DNA from: a virus
Taxonomy: Duplodnaviria; Heunggongvirae; Uroviricota; Caudoviricetes
Length of the DNA stretch: 43,386 bases
Direction: 5' to 3' (one strand)
IMG/VR virus record: IMGVR_UViG_2563366976_000013
The notes beneath the pieces are model-generated. The model saw only the letters and a list, made by a program, of their open reading frames with translations, ran no database searches and was not told the origin of the DNA. Below are positions 1-8,426 of the stretch, piece by piece. Numbering within the stretch: the stretch's first letter is position 1; the number at the start of each line of letters is the position of its first letter. The translations under genes and the position numbers were made by a program.

Positions 1-516
1 ATGAAATTTAAAAAATGTCTTCTGCCTGTGGCAATGTTAGCGTCATTCACTCTGGCAGGATGCCAGTCAAATGCTGACGATCATGCTGCCGATGTTTATC
101 AAACCGATCAACTGAATACCAAACAAGAAACTAAAACCGTTAATATTATTTCCATTCTTCCCGCAAAAGTTGCCGTAGACAACTCCCAAAATAAACGGAA
201 CGCACAAGCCTTCGGCGCGCTTATTGGCGCAGTCGCTGGCGGTGTTATCGGCCACAACGTCGGGTCTGGCAGCAATTCCGGAACGACGGCAGGTGCAGTT
301 GGCGGCGGAGCTGTAGGCGCGGCAGCGGGTTCTATGGTGAATGATAAAACCTTAGTGGAAGGTGTTTCTTTAACCTATAAGGAAGGCACCAAAGTGTATA
401 CCTCTACCCAGGTGGGTAAAGAGTGCCAGTTTACGACAGGTTTAGCCGTTGTTATTACCACGACGTATAACGAAACGCGTATTCAGCCAAATACCAAATG
501 TCCTGAAAAGAGCTAA
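1..516 (+). CDS. Outer-membrane lipoprotein with glycine-zipper region; probable host gene (size and sequence reminiscent of E. coli YfgH, not verified)
   Basis: Signal peptide plus lipobox LAGC; Gly/Ala-rich zipper GALIGAVAGGVIGHNVG; full ORF from position 1; precedes prophage boundary. Confidence 0.6.
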   Translation: MKFKKCLLPVAMLASFTLAGCQSNADDHAADVYQTDQLNTKQETKTVNIISILPAKVAVDNSQNKRNAQAFGALIGAVAGGVIGHNVGSGSNSGTTAGAVGGGAVGAAAGSMVNDKTLVEGVSLTYKEGTKVYTSTQVGKECQFTTGLAVVITTTYNETRIQPNTKCPEKS

Positions 517-531
517 TAATCAGGAGGAGTC

Positions 532-1071
532 ATGAAGAAAGTTTTTCTTTGCGCCATCTTAGCCTCCTTAAGCTATCCGGCTATCGCCTCATCATTGCAG
601 GATCAACTCTCTGCTGTCGCAGAAGCGGAACAGCAAGGTAAAAATGAAGAGCAAAGGCAGCATGACGAATGGGTCGCGGAGCGCAACAGGGAAATCCAGC
701 AAGAGAAGCAACGTCGCGCAAATGCCCAGGCCGCCGCTAACAAAAGAGCGGCAACGGCAGCGGCAAATAAGAAAGCTCGTCAGGATAAACTGGACGCCGA
801 AGCCTCTGCGGACAAAAAACGCGATCAAAGTTATGAAGATGAGCTACGCAGCTTAGAGATTCAGAAACAAAAACTGGCGCTGGCGAAAGAAGAAGCCCGC
901 GTTAAGCGAGAAAACGAATTTATCGATCAGGAACTGAAGCACAAAGCTGCGCAAACCGATGTGGTGCAATCTGAAGCTGACGCCAACAGAAATATGACTG
1001 AAGGCGGTCGCGATCTGATGAAAAGCGTGGGCAAAGCAGAAGAGAACAAATCGGACAGCTGGTTTAATTAA
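532..1071 (+). CDS. Secreted charged coiled-coil protein; probable host gene (reminiscent of YfgI, not verified)
   Basis: N-terminal signal peptide MKKVFLCAILASLSYPAIAS; RBS AGGAGG 6 nt upstream; Lys/Glu/Gln/Ala-rich body. Confidence 0.55.
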   Translation: MKKVFLCAILASLSYPAIASSLQDQLSAVAEAEQQGKNEEQRQHDEWVAERNREIQQEKQRRANAQAAANKRAATAAANKKARQDKLDAEASADKKRDQSYEDELRSLEIQKQKLALAKEEARVKRENEFIDQELKHKAAQTDVVQSEADANRNMTEGGRDLMKSVGKAEENKSDSWFN

Positions 1072-1110
1072 TCGATGTTAGTAACTTCAATCCTATAATT
1101 CTTGAAGATA

Positions 1111-1142
1111 AAAAACCCTCTGTAGTAACAGAGGGTTTTGTT
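1111..1142. terminator. Bidirectional rho-independent terminator between host genes and prophage lysis genes
   Basis: Stem CCCTCTG / CAGAGGG with 6-nt loop, flanked by A-run on 5' side and T-run on 3' side. Confidence 0.7.
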
Positions 1143-1288
1143 CATTCATAGTGCAGGGTCAAATCATTCCCACTCAATTATTTACGATAACCATAACCAA
1201 TTGAGTGATAACATTTTTCCAAATCTCAATTTTTCCCGTACCGTTTTATATACCGTCACCGGAAATCAGTACCATGAAAAATGCCATG

Positions 1289-1771
1289 CTATCTGGTCAA
1301 AGTGTCGTACTGTTTTTCGCAGACTCTTCCGGCTTCGGCTGCCCGGTCAGCATACTCTGCCAGTTGTCTGTTTCTCTCGAGAGATTTGCTGAGCACGTCG
1401 GCAAGCAAAACTCCGGTGTCTGCGGCTGACGACCCAGCGCCGACAATGGCGTTATACTGCCTGAGCTGCTCACGGATGGCAAAGAGTTGTTGCTGCAACC
1501 GGCCAGCGCTAGCGGCAGCATCAAGAGCATCATTGCGCGCCTGGTCGATCCTCTGCTGAGCTTCACGTTCATTGGTCACTTTCTCCTGTTCGTAGTACTG
1601 ACGAACTTTGTCTTCTTCGGCTTTGCGGTCTTCTTCCGCCTGAGCATACCCGGCATCGTACTGGCGACTGCCGTGTATATTCCAGGCAACCACTCCTGAT
1701 ATGACCAGAACAGCAAGCACTGCCACGATAAGAAACTGTTTCCAGTATGCTTTTACGAATGCCCAGATCAT
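1289..1771 (-). CDS. Rz-like i-spanin (lysis)
   Basis: N-terminal TM helix [18 protein letters not shown], coiled-coil periplasmic domain, 4-nt ATGA overlap with endolysin stop; position after endolysin. Confidence 0.75.
   Translation of the reverse strand: MIWAFVKAYWKQFLIVAVLAVLVISGVVAWNIHGSRQYDAGYAQAEEDRKAEEDKVRQYYEQEKVTNEREAQQRIDQARNDALDAAASAGRLQQQLFAIREQLRQYNAIVGAGSSAADTGVLLADVLSKSLERNRQLAEYADRAAEAGRVCEKQYDTLTR
1297..1533 (-). CDS. Rz1-like o-spanin lipoprotein, fully embedded in Rz in +1 frame
   Basis: Internal start giving [13 protein letters not shown] (lipobox LAGC), Pro-rich mature part; ORF 1297..1572 lies wholly inside Rz. Confidence 0.65.
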   Translation of the reverse strand: MMLLMLPLALAGCSNNSLPSVSSSGSITPLSALGRQPQTPEFCLPTCSANLSRETDNWQSMLTGQPKPEESAKNSTTL

Positions 1772-2397
1772 ACCGCCAGCACCTTACTGGCAGTGATGTA
1801 CCGCGCTCGCCGGTCGTCGATGCCGTTCCGGCCACCATTGATAATCAGAGTTACACGTGCAATATCGCCGGTATACTTCATGCATCCTTTGCTGGCGAAG
1901 AACCACGCCGCGCTACGAGCCGCATATTCGTCCTGCGCCAGCAGTTCAGGGCTCTCCAGCAGGTCAACCTTCAGACCGTTTCCGCAATCACGATAGTTAT
2001 TCAAACCGGTAATCTGGATAAGTCCGCGCCCTCGGTAATTCCAGCCATCACCAGGGGCATTGTTCCCCATGCGTTTGCTGTATACCAGATTTGCGATTGC
2101 GCGCTGGCGCTCAAGTGGCAATGGTGGTTCACCAGCACGGCGCCCCAGTGCATTAGCCTGCCCCTGAGTGAGACGCCCAGCCCGAACGAAGTTAGCCAGT
2201 CCGCTGACACTGTAGTTGAAATTCTCCTGCAACCTGGTGAAGCCCCCAGACTCATGCCCGGCTTGAGCAATAAACATTGCCTGATCTTCTGCTTTGCTGA
2301 TACCAAACTCTTTCATCGCAGAAGTTATATGCGAGAACCAGCGTGCGGCCAGTGCCTCGCTGATACCAGCAGCTCGCTGGAATTGTTTAATCTCCAT
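1768..2397 (-). CDS. Endolysin, glycoside hydrolase family 19 (chitinase-like lysozyme)
   Basis: Motifs [10 protein letters not shown] and [16 protein letters not shown] typical of GH19 phage endolysins; start taken at MEIKQF with GAGGT RBS (ORF track extends further upstream in frame). Confidence 0.8.
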   Translation of the reverse strand: MEIKQFQRAAGISEALAARWFSHITSAMKEFGISKAEDQAMFIAQAGHESGGFTRLQENFNYSVSGLANFVRAGRLTQGQANALGRRAGEPPLPLERQRAIANLVYSKRMGNNAPGDGWNYRGRGLIQITGLNNYRDCGNGLKVDLLESPELLAQDEYAARSAAWFFASKGCMKYTGDIARVTLIINGGRNGIDDRRARYITASKVLAV

Positions 2398-2695
2398 GTT
2401 TAGACCTCGATACTTTAAAAATTTGAACGACGTTACCGCGCGTTTTAATAACCGCAGCCAGCATGACAGCGTTGATAATGACCTCAGATAAATCCACAGC
2501 CATTGGCGTACGTAACCAGATTGCATAGGCGACTCGAACAGGAATACTGGCCGCAGCAACAATCAGGAAATAAGCAAGCCATCCTCCCCACCTTCGATGT
2601 TGAGAGCCGTTACGCCGGAATGTGACAACGCGAATTGCTATGCCAGTGCAAATAACTGCATTAGTGATAAGCAAAAAAAACTCATGCGTTACCAT
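2387..2695 (-). CDS. Holin (three predicted TM helices)
   Basis: 102 aa, hydrophobic segments, charged C-terminus; RBS GGGGAG; overlaps endolysin start by 11 nt. Confidence 0.6.
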   Translation of the reverse strand: MVTHEFFLLITNAVICTGIAIRVVTFRRNGSQHRRWGGWLAYFLIVAAASIPVRVAYAIWLRTPMAVDLSEVIINAVMLAAVIKTRGNVVQIFKVSRSKHGD

Positions 2696-3086
2696 CGTCT
2701 TTTCTCCCCGGAATTAACTCGCGTGGATTATCGGAACGGTGATAGAGCCATATACCAATACGCACAGCGACAATTGCTGACACGAATGCGCCTGCAGAGA
2801 AAACAATCCCTTTTTCAAAAGAGTCCTGCGTGATGGTAGGGATCAGGCTGGCTATGCCGATAAGAATTGATGCTGCTGGTTTGTAAAAGAGAAGGCCGCA
2901 AAGAAAGCTGAGCATCGACAGGAGCACCCGGCGACGGATGGGGTACTCTACTGCAGAGGTAACAAAAATTACCGCCCCAGCCAAAGCCCCTAAAGCAACC
3001 TCCGGAGGGACACCTGCAATAACTGCAGCAAGAGAACCAAAACTAAGCAACTGATTTAATTGCTCACTTGTTACTTGAGCAGACAT
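2682..3086 (-). CDS. Holin-like / antiholin-like polytopic membrane protein
   Basis: 134 aa with about 4 TM segments; RBS AGGAGA 7 nt upstream; first gene of lysis cassette, overlaps next gene by 14 nt. Confidence 0.5.
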   Translation of the reverse strand: MSAQVTSEQLNQLLSFGSLAAVIAGVPPEVALGALAGAVIFVTSAVEYPIRRRVLLSMLSFLCGLLFYKPAASILIGIASLIPTITQDSFEKGIVFSAGAFVSAIVAVRIGIWLYHRSDNPRELIPGRKDDGNA

Positions 3087-3366
3087 ACTTTCTCCTGTTT
3101 ACTATCTATAAGCCAGTCAATTATTGATGACTAAACCCGCATAGTAAACCATATATGAATCATTATTGTTCCATATCATATATCTCAATAAAAGTACTAA
3201 TGATTTTACAGAACGGGCCAGCAGAGTGGGGGCAGTTGTACAGGAACCATAGACTTAATTTTGTATTTAATAATGCTATGGTGTAATAAACCTGAACATG
3301 TATTTAAAATACGTACTGATTCATGATAGAATTCAAAGATAACTTTTCACCAACTCCGTTTTTGAT

Positions 3367-3394
3367 ACCCGCAATATTTTGCGGGCTTTTTTTT
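3367..3394 (+). terminator. Rho-independent terminator oriented for plus-strand (antisense to late operon)
   Basis: Stem CCCGCAA/TTGCGGG followed by T8 on plus strand; minus-strand version lacks U-run. Confidence 0.45.
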
Positions 3395-6300
3395 AACGTT
3401 CTTCCAGAGACTGAACCCGCTCTTTTATCTTATCCATTTCTCTGCGCTGCCATGCTGCCTCGATATAGAATAAGAGATCAGGTCTGACCCCCCATCTAGA
3501 TCCTGCTGGCGTTATTTCAACGCGCTCAATGATGTCTTCTATTACCATCACTGGATTATCATCCTCATCAACAATGATGCTCCCGTCATTATCAGTCAGC
3601 GGCATTTCCCTTTGGCCAGTAATGACGTCATCATATACTGCGGGATAATCGTCATAGCAAAGAAAGGCATAGCGGCATGTTGTGCTTTCTTCTTCCATGA
3701 GTCCGTGAGAAATAAGAACATCACGAAGTTGCTGCGCGATTACACCATGATGTATCCTCGCCCCTTCTTCCCCCTTTATAGCGACAGCGTTCAGCCATTT
3801 ATAAGCGATATACCTGACGTCACCCCAGGCATCCAGCAATGCTTCGTCAGGAGAGACCGGCTCTGTCTTTAATGTTCCGTCACTGGTAACCACAGGATTG
3901 GAGCCAAGATAAACTATCGAGAACCTGTTTCCCGGACCACCAAGAGCATTTACATTATCAAGATAAGGTTTAACATCTCCGTTCTCAAAAAGATGTTCGA
4001 GTGCGTTATATACCGCGCGACGTGGAGTACTGCTTCCGGAACCATGCAACGTTATCATTGCACCATCTGCTGAAGACGTTGTTTCACCGCCGCTAACGAT
4101 TAATCTCTGAGCGGTAACATCATCAGACGGTACTTTCTTCGCAATAATGGCGTAATTACCCTCAAGTTTGACTTCCGCGCGAACTTGTCCTGATGTACCT
4201 GCATGGACAGTCAGTGACTGGACGGCAACATCATCTGTGAAATCAACGGGTACAGGAACCGTCCTCACGCCTGACGTCGACATAAAAGTAGGAAGCGTTC
4301 TGTTAGGAGTGGCTCCGTAGACAAAATCCCTTGAAACAAATTCTTCCTGTTTAATTTTCACCCTGAAACAATACAAATCAGCCGGGTGACCATCGTGAAC
4401 ATAAGGATATTTTCTGTTGTTATCCCCTATGCTCCATGGGTTTAGAAAGTCTTCCCCACCGAAAATGTAGTACAGCCAGTTGTCTTTGATACAAACTGAA
4501 CCAACACCAACCGCAGAGTTAACTATTCCGCCCTGATAAATCTGATCAGTAACATTAACCCACTCTACATTATCCAGACTCCACTCATTGACGTTAACTC
4601 TGGTCATAAATGTTCTTGGATAATTTCCTGCATAACGGTTATCAGGTTCTCCTCCTTCCCACTCACCAAATGCGCGCTCACTGCCAAAAATAATCAGCTC
4701 ATCGCCAACTTTGGCAAAAGGAAGGTTTGAGTGATGAACATTATTTGGGAAGCGAAGAGAATTCCATGATGTACCTAAATCAGAGCTTCTGTGCAATGAA
4801 CTACCGGGTTGAGTACTTAATGTCCCCCTGGTCGTCAGATACAGAATGCCATCATAATATTTTACACATGGCTCAGATGCATTCGCCTCATATTCTACAG
4901 GTATGCGTCTGCGAACAAAGCTACCAGGAGAACCGAAAGCATCAGAGAAATAGAGTATCCCAAGCTCGCGTGGACCAATATCACCATTATGGTAGCCAAC
5001 AGCAAAACTGTTATCGCTAATCGTCGCAAAACTGTGAATCTCAGTAACAGGAGTGCTTCCGTCAACAAAAGAAGGAATAGTTCCAAGACTGGTTTTTCTC
5101 CATGGTGACGAGTGAAATGATGTGCCAAAACTCCAGTATCTACCCTCGTTATTCTGATCCACATCCTGGGTATTTTGCGTCGTAACTGTAAAGGTATTTT
5201 TATCAATAACAGTAGTCACCGTCATATTCCCGGTAACACCTGTAACACCAGAGTTTGAGAAGTTGACAAAATCACCAGCAAATAATCCGTGATCAGTAAT
5301 GCGAATATAAGCGACTTGCTGATTTGCTGCTTTCGTTATACCACCATAAACGCGAAGGCTGCGACTCATTGGGCGATCCCACAACTCTGCAACCTGCAGT
5401 TTATTTCCTCTCACGGTCCGCGTCTCAATTACAGCAAAAAGGCGATTTCTGACAACCCCCATACTCATGCAGTGATAGTTAACTGTGGGATAGTTTTTAT
5501 GTAAATCTGTAAGCCATTCCGGCGTTGTCCAGGTCTTCCCGTCATCTCCTGAGCGAACCCATGCAACATGGAGGTTATTTACACCATGGCGGTCTCCAGC
5601 CATAAAAGGCGCATAGATGACATTGTCATATACAAACGTTTTATCCTGCGTCCAGGCGTTGTACCACGGTGTATCTGTAATTTTAAATAACTCTCCCTGG
5701 ATAAAATCTTCAGAAGCATAAAAAAGAGGCTGGCCCGGTATTCTCTCAAATAAAAAACGAGCATTTTTAAATCGACTGACATCCGGAAGAGTTGATACTT
5801 TAAAAGTAAGCCCTAATCCGTCAATTTTATAACCTGGAGATGAGGCTTCAAGGCACGCGCTTATTGCAGTGGAATCGTCATTTATACCATCACCAACAGC
5901 TCCAAAATCTTTGGGGCTAATAGCATCACGCATTTTATCCTGGAACGTTCGGTACACAGCCCCAGAACCATACTGAATAAACCAACCAAAACCACCAACA
6001 ACTCCGGAGATTGCAGCATCGACATAATTACGCATTGAGCGATTATTTACAGCGTCCTGCTCAAATGATGGATCTGCAAGGTTAGAAATTTTGTTTTGCT
6101 TTGCATCGTAATATTTTGCAAGCAAAGATGGTTTCATCAATGCACGTCTGAACCACCCAAAACATTGCTGGATCAGCATCGTCAGGTAGTCAAAGGCATC
6201 TTCATGCACTTCGGGGAAAAATTTTCCCTGATTGCGAAGGTCTGTGTCCTGCACTACATCAAGCACACGATCTATCGTAATTCGCCATCCAGTAGCAAGC

Positions 6301-6512
6301 GGAGACGGAAGAACCACAGAACCGCCACTATAAGTGCCCGCCCCAGTTACCGTATAACCGGTATCCAGAACCAATTCTGTTACGTTTCCGTTCAGGTCAG
6401 ACACCTGAACAACCAGGTCTGATTTTCTGAAAATTCGAAAAGTATACGGAAACGATGTCGTAACGCCGTTACCGGTGTATTCGTTGTGGTCAACTTCGGT
6501 TGAGACCGTCAT
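3393..6512 (-). CDS. Tailspike: endo-N-acetylneuraminidase (endosialidase, K1 polysialic acid capsule depolymerase) with T7 gp17-like N-terminal adaptor and C-terminal intramolecular chaperone domain
   Basis: Long colinear matches to K1-phage endosialidase as recalled from memory (GQPLFYASEDFIQGELFKITDTPWYNAW, TVNYHCMSMGV, C-terminal ARIHHGVIAQQLRDV...CRYAFLCYDDYP); N-terminal region resembles T7 tail-fibre N-domain; RBS GGAG. Confidence 0.85.
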   Translation of the reverse strand: MTVSTEVDHNEYTGNGVTTSFPYTFRIFRKSDLVVQVSDLNGNVTELVLDTGYTVTGAGTYSGGSVVLPSPLATGWRITIDRVLDVVQDTDLRNQGKFFPEVHEDAFDYLTMLIQQCFGWFRRALMKPSLLAKYYDAKQNKISNLADPSFEQDAVNNRSMRNYVDAAISGVVGGFGWFIQYGSGAVYRTFQDKMRDAISPKDFGAVGDGINDDSTAISACLEASSPGYKIDGLGLTFKVSTLPDVSRFKNARFLFERIPGQPLFYASEDFIQGELFKITDTPWYNAWTQDKTFVYDNVIYAPFMAGDRHGVNNLHVAWVRSGDDGKTWTTPEWLTDLHKNYPTVNYHCMSMGVVRNRLFAVIETRTVRGNKLQVAELWDRPMSRSLRVYGGITKAANQQVAYIRITDHGLFAGDFVNFSNSGVTGVTGNMTVTTVIDKNTFTVTTQNTQDVDQNNEGRYWSFGTSFHSSPWRKTSLGTIPSFVDGSTPVTEIHSFATISDNSFAVGYHNGDIGPRELGILYFSDAFGSPGSFVRRRIPVEYEANASEPCVKYYDGILYLTTRGTLSTQPGSSLHRSSDLGTSWNSLRFPNNVHHSNLPFAKVGDELIIFGSERAFGEWEGGEPDNRYAGNYPRTFMTRVNVNEWSLDNVEWVNVTDQIYQGGIVNSAVGVGSVCIKDNWLYYIFGGEDFLNPWSIGDNNRKYPYVHDGHPADLYCFRVKIKQEEFVSRDFVYGATPNRTLPTFMSTSGVRTVPVPVDFTDDVAVQSLTVHAGTSGQVRAEVKLEGNYAIIAKKVPSDDVTAQRLIVSGGETTSSADGAMITLHGSGSSTPRRAVYNALEHLFENGDVKPYLDNVNALGGPGNRFSIVYLGSNPVVTSDGTLKTEPVSPDEALLDAWGDVRYIAYKWLNAVAIKGEEGARIHHGVIAQQLRDVLISHGLMEEESTTCRYAFLCYDDYPAVYDDVITGQREMPLTDNDGSIIVDEDDNPVMVIEDIIERVEITPAGSRWGVRPDLLFYIEAAWQRREMDKIKERVQSLEER

Positions 6513-6616
6513 GTTAAATCTCCAGATAGTCGCAGCACCCGTTGCGCCGCATATCTGGTTATTCTATTACCTGGAAAACCACATATGGATAGAAAGGCTG
6601 TAAATACGAATAGATA

Positions 6617-6631
6617 TTACCTTTCAGGTAA
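6617..6631. promoter_or_regulatory. Operator-type palindrome TTACCtttcaGGTAA
   Basis: Perfect 5-5-5 inverted repeat; same motif family as cI/cro operators. Confidence 0.5.
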
Positions 6632-6668
6632 TTTGCAAAACGTGCTGGATAGCAAACAAATTATTTGC

Positions 6669-6688
6669 TACTGTATAAATATACAGTT
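6669..6688 (+). promoter_or_regulatory. LexA (SOS) box TACTGTATAAATATACAGTT
   Basis: 18/20 match to consensus TACTGTATATATATACAGTA, CTGT-N8-ACAG core intact; 20 nt upstream of ATG at 6708. Confidence 0.7.
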
Positions 6689-6707
6689 ATTGCATGGAGA
6701 AGATAAG

Positions 6708-6965
6708 ATGCAGCAGTATCACTATCCACTGGAAGACGGATTTACCGAAAGGATTCACACGCCGGGAGGCGTCAGGTCACTGGTGGAGGGATCGCACTTG
6801 ATGAAATTACTCCGGGATCTCGATAAGGATGGATTTAATGTCGATGGCCCACTTGCCGAACTGACTGCACTGATTAACTACGTCACCAGCTCACAGATGT
6901 CTATGCAGGATCTGCAAACACATCTCGACTATTGTGCCGAACAATTACGAAAACAAACCAGATAA
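6708..6965 (+). CDS. Small SOS-controlled antirepressor-like protein (standalone version of the Ant C-terminal domain)
   Basis: 85 aa from ATG 6708 with RBS GGAGAAG; aligns with C-terminal about 80 aa of the three Ant paralogs (PL..G..IH.P.GV..L.E.S.LM.LL..L..DG..V.G..AELT....Y......DLQTH..Y). Confidence 0.6.
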   Translation: MQQYHYPLEDGFTERIHTPGGVRSLVEGSHLMKLLRDLDKDGFNVDGPLAELTALINYVTSSQMSMQDLQTHLDYCAEQLRKQTR

Positions 6966-6968
6966 GGT

Positions 6969-7011
6969 TTGCAATTACCAAATGGAGTGCTTATATTTAC
7001 CTTTGCGGTAA
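6969..7011 (+). promoter_or_regulatory. Promoter for ant1 leader with overlapping operator
   Basis: -35 TTGCAA (6969-6974), 17-bp spacer, -10 TATATT (6992-6997), palindrome TTACCtttgcGGTAA 6997-7011 over the start site. Confidence 0.55.
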
Positions 7012-7038
7012 ATTTACATCGCACTCCTCTTGTGCCAT

Positions 7039-7090
7039 AGTAATCAGGCACTGGCAAAATCCAGTGCCGGGATTGGTCTCCCGGATTACT
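7039..7090 (+). ncRNA. Conserved structured leader RNA element upstream of ant1 (three-way junction fold), followed by leader terminator
   Basis: AGTAATC...GATTACT outer stem enclosing hairpins GGCACTGG-caaaat-CCAGTGCC and CCGGGA-ttggtc-TCCCGG; near-identical copy in ant2 leader (11160-11213, minus strand). Confidence 0.45.
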
Positions 7091-7104
7091 ACAGAGGCAC
7101 ATAT

Positions 7105-7124
7105 GCCGCATAAGCGGTTTTTTT
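7105..7124 (+). terminator. Leader terminator/attenuator upstream of ant1
   Basis: Short GC stem GCCGC-ataa-GCGG followed by T7 run; analogous stem plus T7 in ant2 leader. Confidence 0.45.
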
Positions 7125-7278
7125 ATGTGTAAAGCGCACCTATTCTATGGTGGGCTGTGTGGGGGCACCGAAAGGTGCGCCGGGTTCCTTTGTAGCCGGT
7201 AAGACCAACTCTGCACAGTTCACCACCATCTGATTGGTCTCAGCGGTGGTGATTAACCTAACTACAAAGGTGATCGCC

Positions 7279-7971
7279 ATGAATACCAAACCTTCCATCT
7301 TTTCCTTTGAGTCATCCTGCCAGATCCGTATGTTCATGATTGACGGAGAACCTTGGTTTGTCACCAAAGATGTGTGCAATGCTTTGAATATTGATGTTAC
7401 ACAAGCGAGAAAACTTGATAAAAAAGGCTGGAACAAAAAGGGGCTGTATTCAATACAGACCCCTGGTGGAATACAAGAACTATCCATCGTTTCAGAATCA
7501 GGTCTCTACATCCTTATTCTGCGTTGCAAAGAGGCAATGACTGAGGGAACGAGAGCATTCAGATTTCTTGAATGGGTTACAGGCGAAGTACTTCCTCAGA
7601 TCCGCCGCACCGGAAGCTACATTAAAAACTCGCTCCCGCAGGAAGAACGCATAAAGATGGTTGCCGACCAGGTAGCCAACGCCACGGCGTCAGCAGTAAT
7701 GCAGGCGATGAAGATAGAGAACAAAACCTACAGCGCCCCACTGAAGCCCGGCTACCGCAGCCTGATTCATTCGCCGTCTGGTGTTCTCGGCCTGACGGAG
7801 AACTCACTGCTGATGAATCTGCTGAACCAGTTACAGGACGACGGGCACGACGTATCGGGCGCGGCGGCGGAGCTGACCACCATGTTCTGCTACATCGTCG
7901 GTGTGAGCAAATGCCTGCGTGATATCCAGACCCACGCGGAATACATCAACGACAAGGCAGGGTTCTTCTGA
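7279..7971 (+). CDS. Antirepressor paralog 1: Bro-N/KilA-N-type N-terminal domain plus shared Ant C-terminal domain
   Basis: IDGEPWFVTKDVCNAL motif (Bro-N-like); C-terminal 100 aa near-identical to the other two paralogs; start at ATG 7279 with RBS AAAGGTGA (ORF track begins at upstream TTG 7234). Confidence 0.75.
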   Translation: MNTKPSIFSFESSCQIRMFMIDGEPWFVTKDVCNALNIDVTQARKLDKKGWNKKGLYSIQTPGGIQELSIVSESGLYILILRCKEAMTEGTRAFRFLEWVTGEVLPQIRRTGSYIKNSLPQEERIKMVADQVANATASAVMQAMKIENKTYSAPLKPGYRSLIHSPSGVLGLTENSLLMNLLNQLQDDGHDVSGAAAELTTMFCYIVGVSKCLRDIQTHAEYINDKAGFF

Positions 7972-8014
7972 CGGGCGGCGGCACAGGGATGTGCCTTTAA
8001 ATAATTCTGTACGA

Positions 8015-8057
8015 TTGCAGACCGGGGGTGAATAGCGTACTATTACCTTAAAGGTAA
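8015..8057 (+). promoter_or_regulatory. Promoter/operator module (J element) upstream of YafO-like cassette 1
   Basis: -35 TTGCAG, 17-bp spacer, -10 TACTAT ending at first T of palindrome TTACCttaaaGGTAA (8043-8057). Confidence 0.5.
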
Positions 8058-8099
8058 ACCTGTTTTTATTTTATACCTGTAACTTACCGGAGATTAAAG

Positions 8100-8426
8100 A
8101 TGACAAAACTTGGATTCGTGATGAGAGGTCCGGTAAGAAGCGGAACTCATGCAAAGCGTAGCAAGAGTCGTATTTTTACTGGTAAGGTTGTAGCACGTAA
8201 ATCAGCTATTGGCTCGTTCAATAGTGAAAATGCGGCATTGCGCCATATTTTTATCAGCACAAAGCCAAGAGCATCCGCTGATGTGCATACAATGTCTATT
8301 CCTATCACAAAGAATATAAAGCGGATAAAAAAGCTCTCATCTGCAGAATCAAAAGAGATATCTTTCCGCCAGCTTAACTCATTAGAAACGCATATGAAGG
8401 AAGAGGAATTCGATGTTTTTGAGTGA
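8100..8426 (+). CDS. Putative antitoxin/partner protein of YafO-like toxin 1 (basic, no recognised fold)
   Basis: 108 aa, RBS GGAG, overlaps toxin start by 14 nt (translational coupling); weak similarity to partner of cassette 2 (ARKSAIGSFNSE vs ARRSFNGSVE). Confidence 0.35.
   Translation: MTKLGFVMRGPVRSGTHAKRSKSRIFTGKVVARKSAIGSFNSENAALRHIFISTKPRASADVHTMSIPITKNIKRIKKLSSAESKEISFRQLNSLETHMKEEEFDVFE

Noticed and set aside
592-856. ORFs 592..828 (-) and 644..856 (+) inside the second host gene
   Set aside because: Nested in or antisense to the signal-peptide-bearing 532..1071 CDS; low-complexity artefacts.
1143-1288. Attempt to define attL core at the left prophage boundary
   Set aside because: The partner att copy lies beyond the integrase outside the window, so no repeat pair can be demonstrated; boundary left approximate.
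3612-5504. Plus-strand ORFs inside the tailspike gene (3612..3872, 4727..5020, 5289..5504) and similar antisense ORFs inside other large genes (12121..13507, 19038..21559, 24913..25650)
   Set aside because: Fully nested antisense to long, well-supported CDSs with no RBS; typical six-frame noise.
3393-6512. Expectation of a neuO-type O-acetyltransferase with heptanucleotide repeat tract, as in the K1 prophage CUS-3
   Set aside because: No hexapeptide-repeat acetyltransferase ORF or AAGACTC-type repeat tract was seen anywhere in the window; this prophage is not CUS-3-like in that respect.
6932-7132. ORF 6932..7132 (+) and its counterpart 10997..11284 (-) sharing the peptide GKFTSHSSCAIVI.HWQNPVPGLVSRIT
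   Set aside because: Conservation is explained by near-identical DNA of the structured ant leaders; ORFs start upstream of the promoter, lack RBS, and differ in length, so treated as noncoding.
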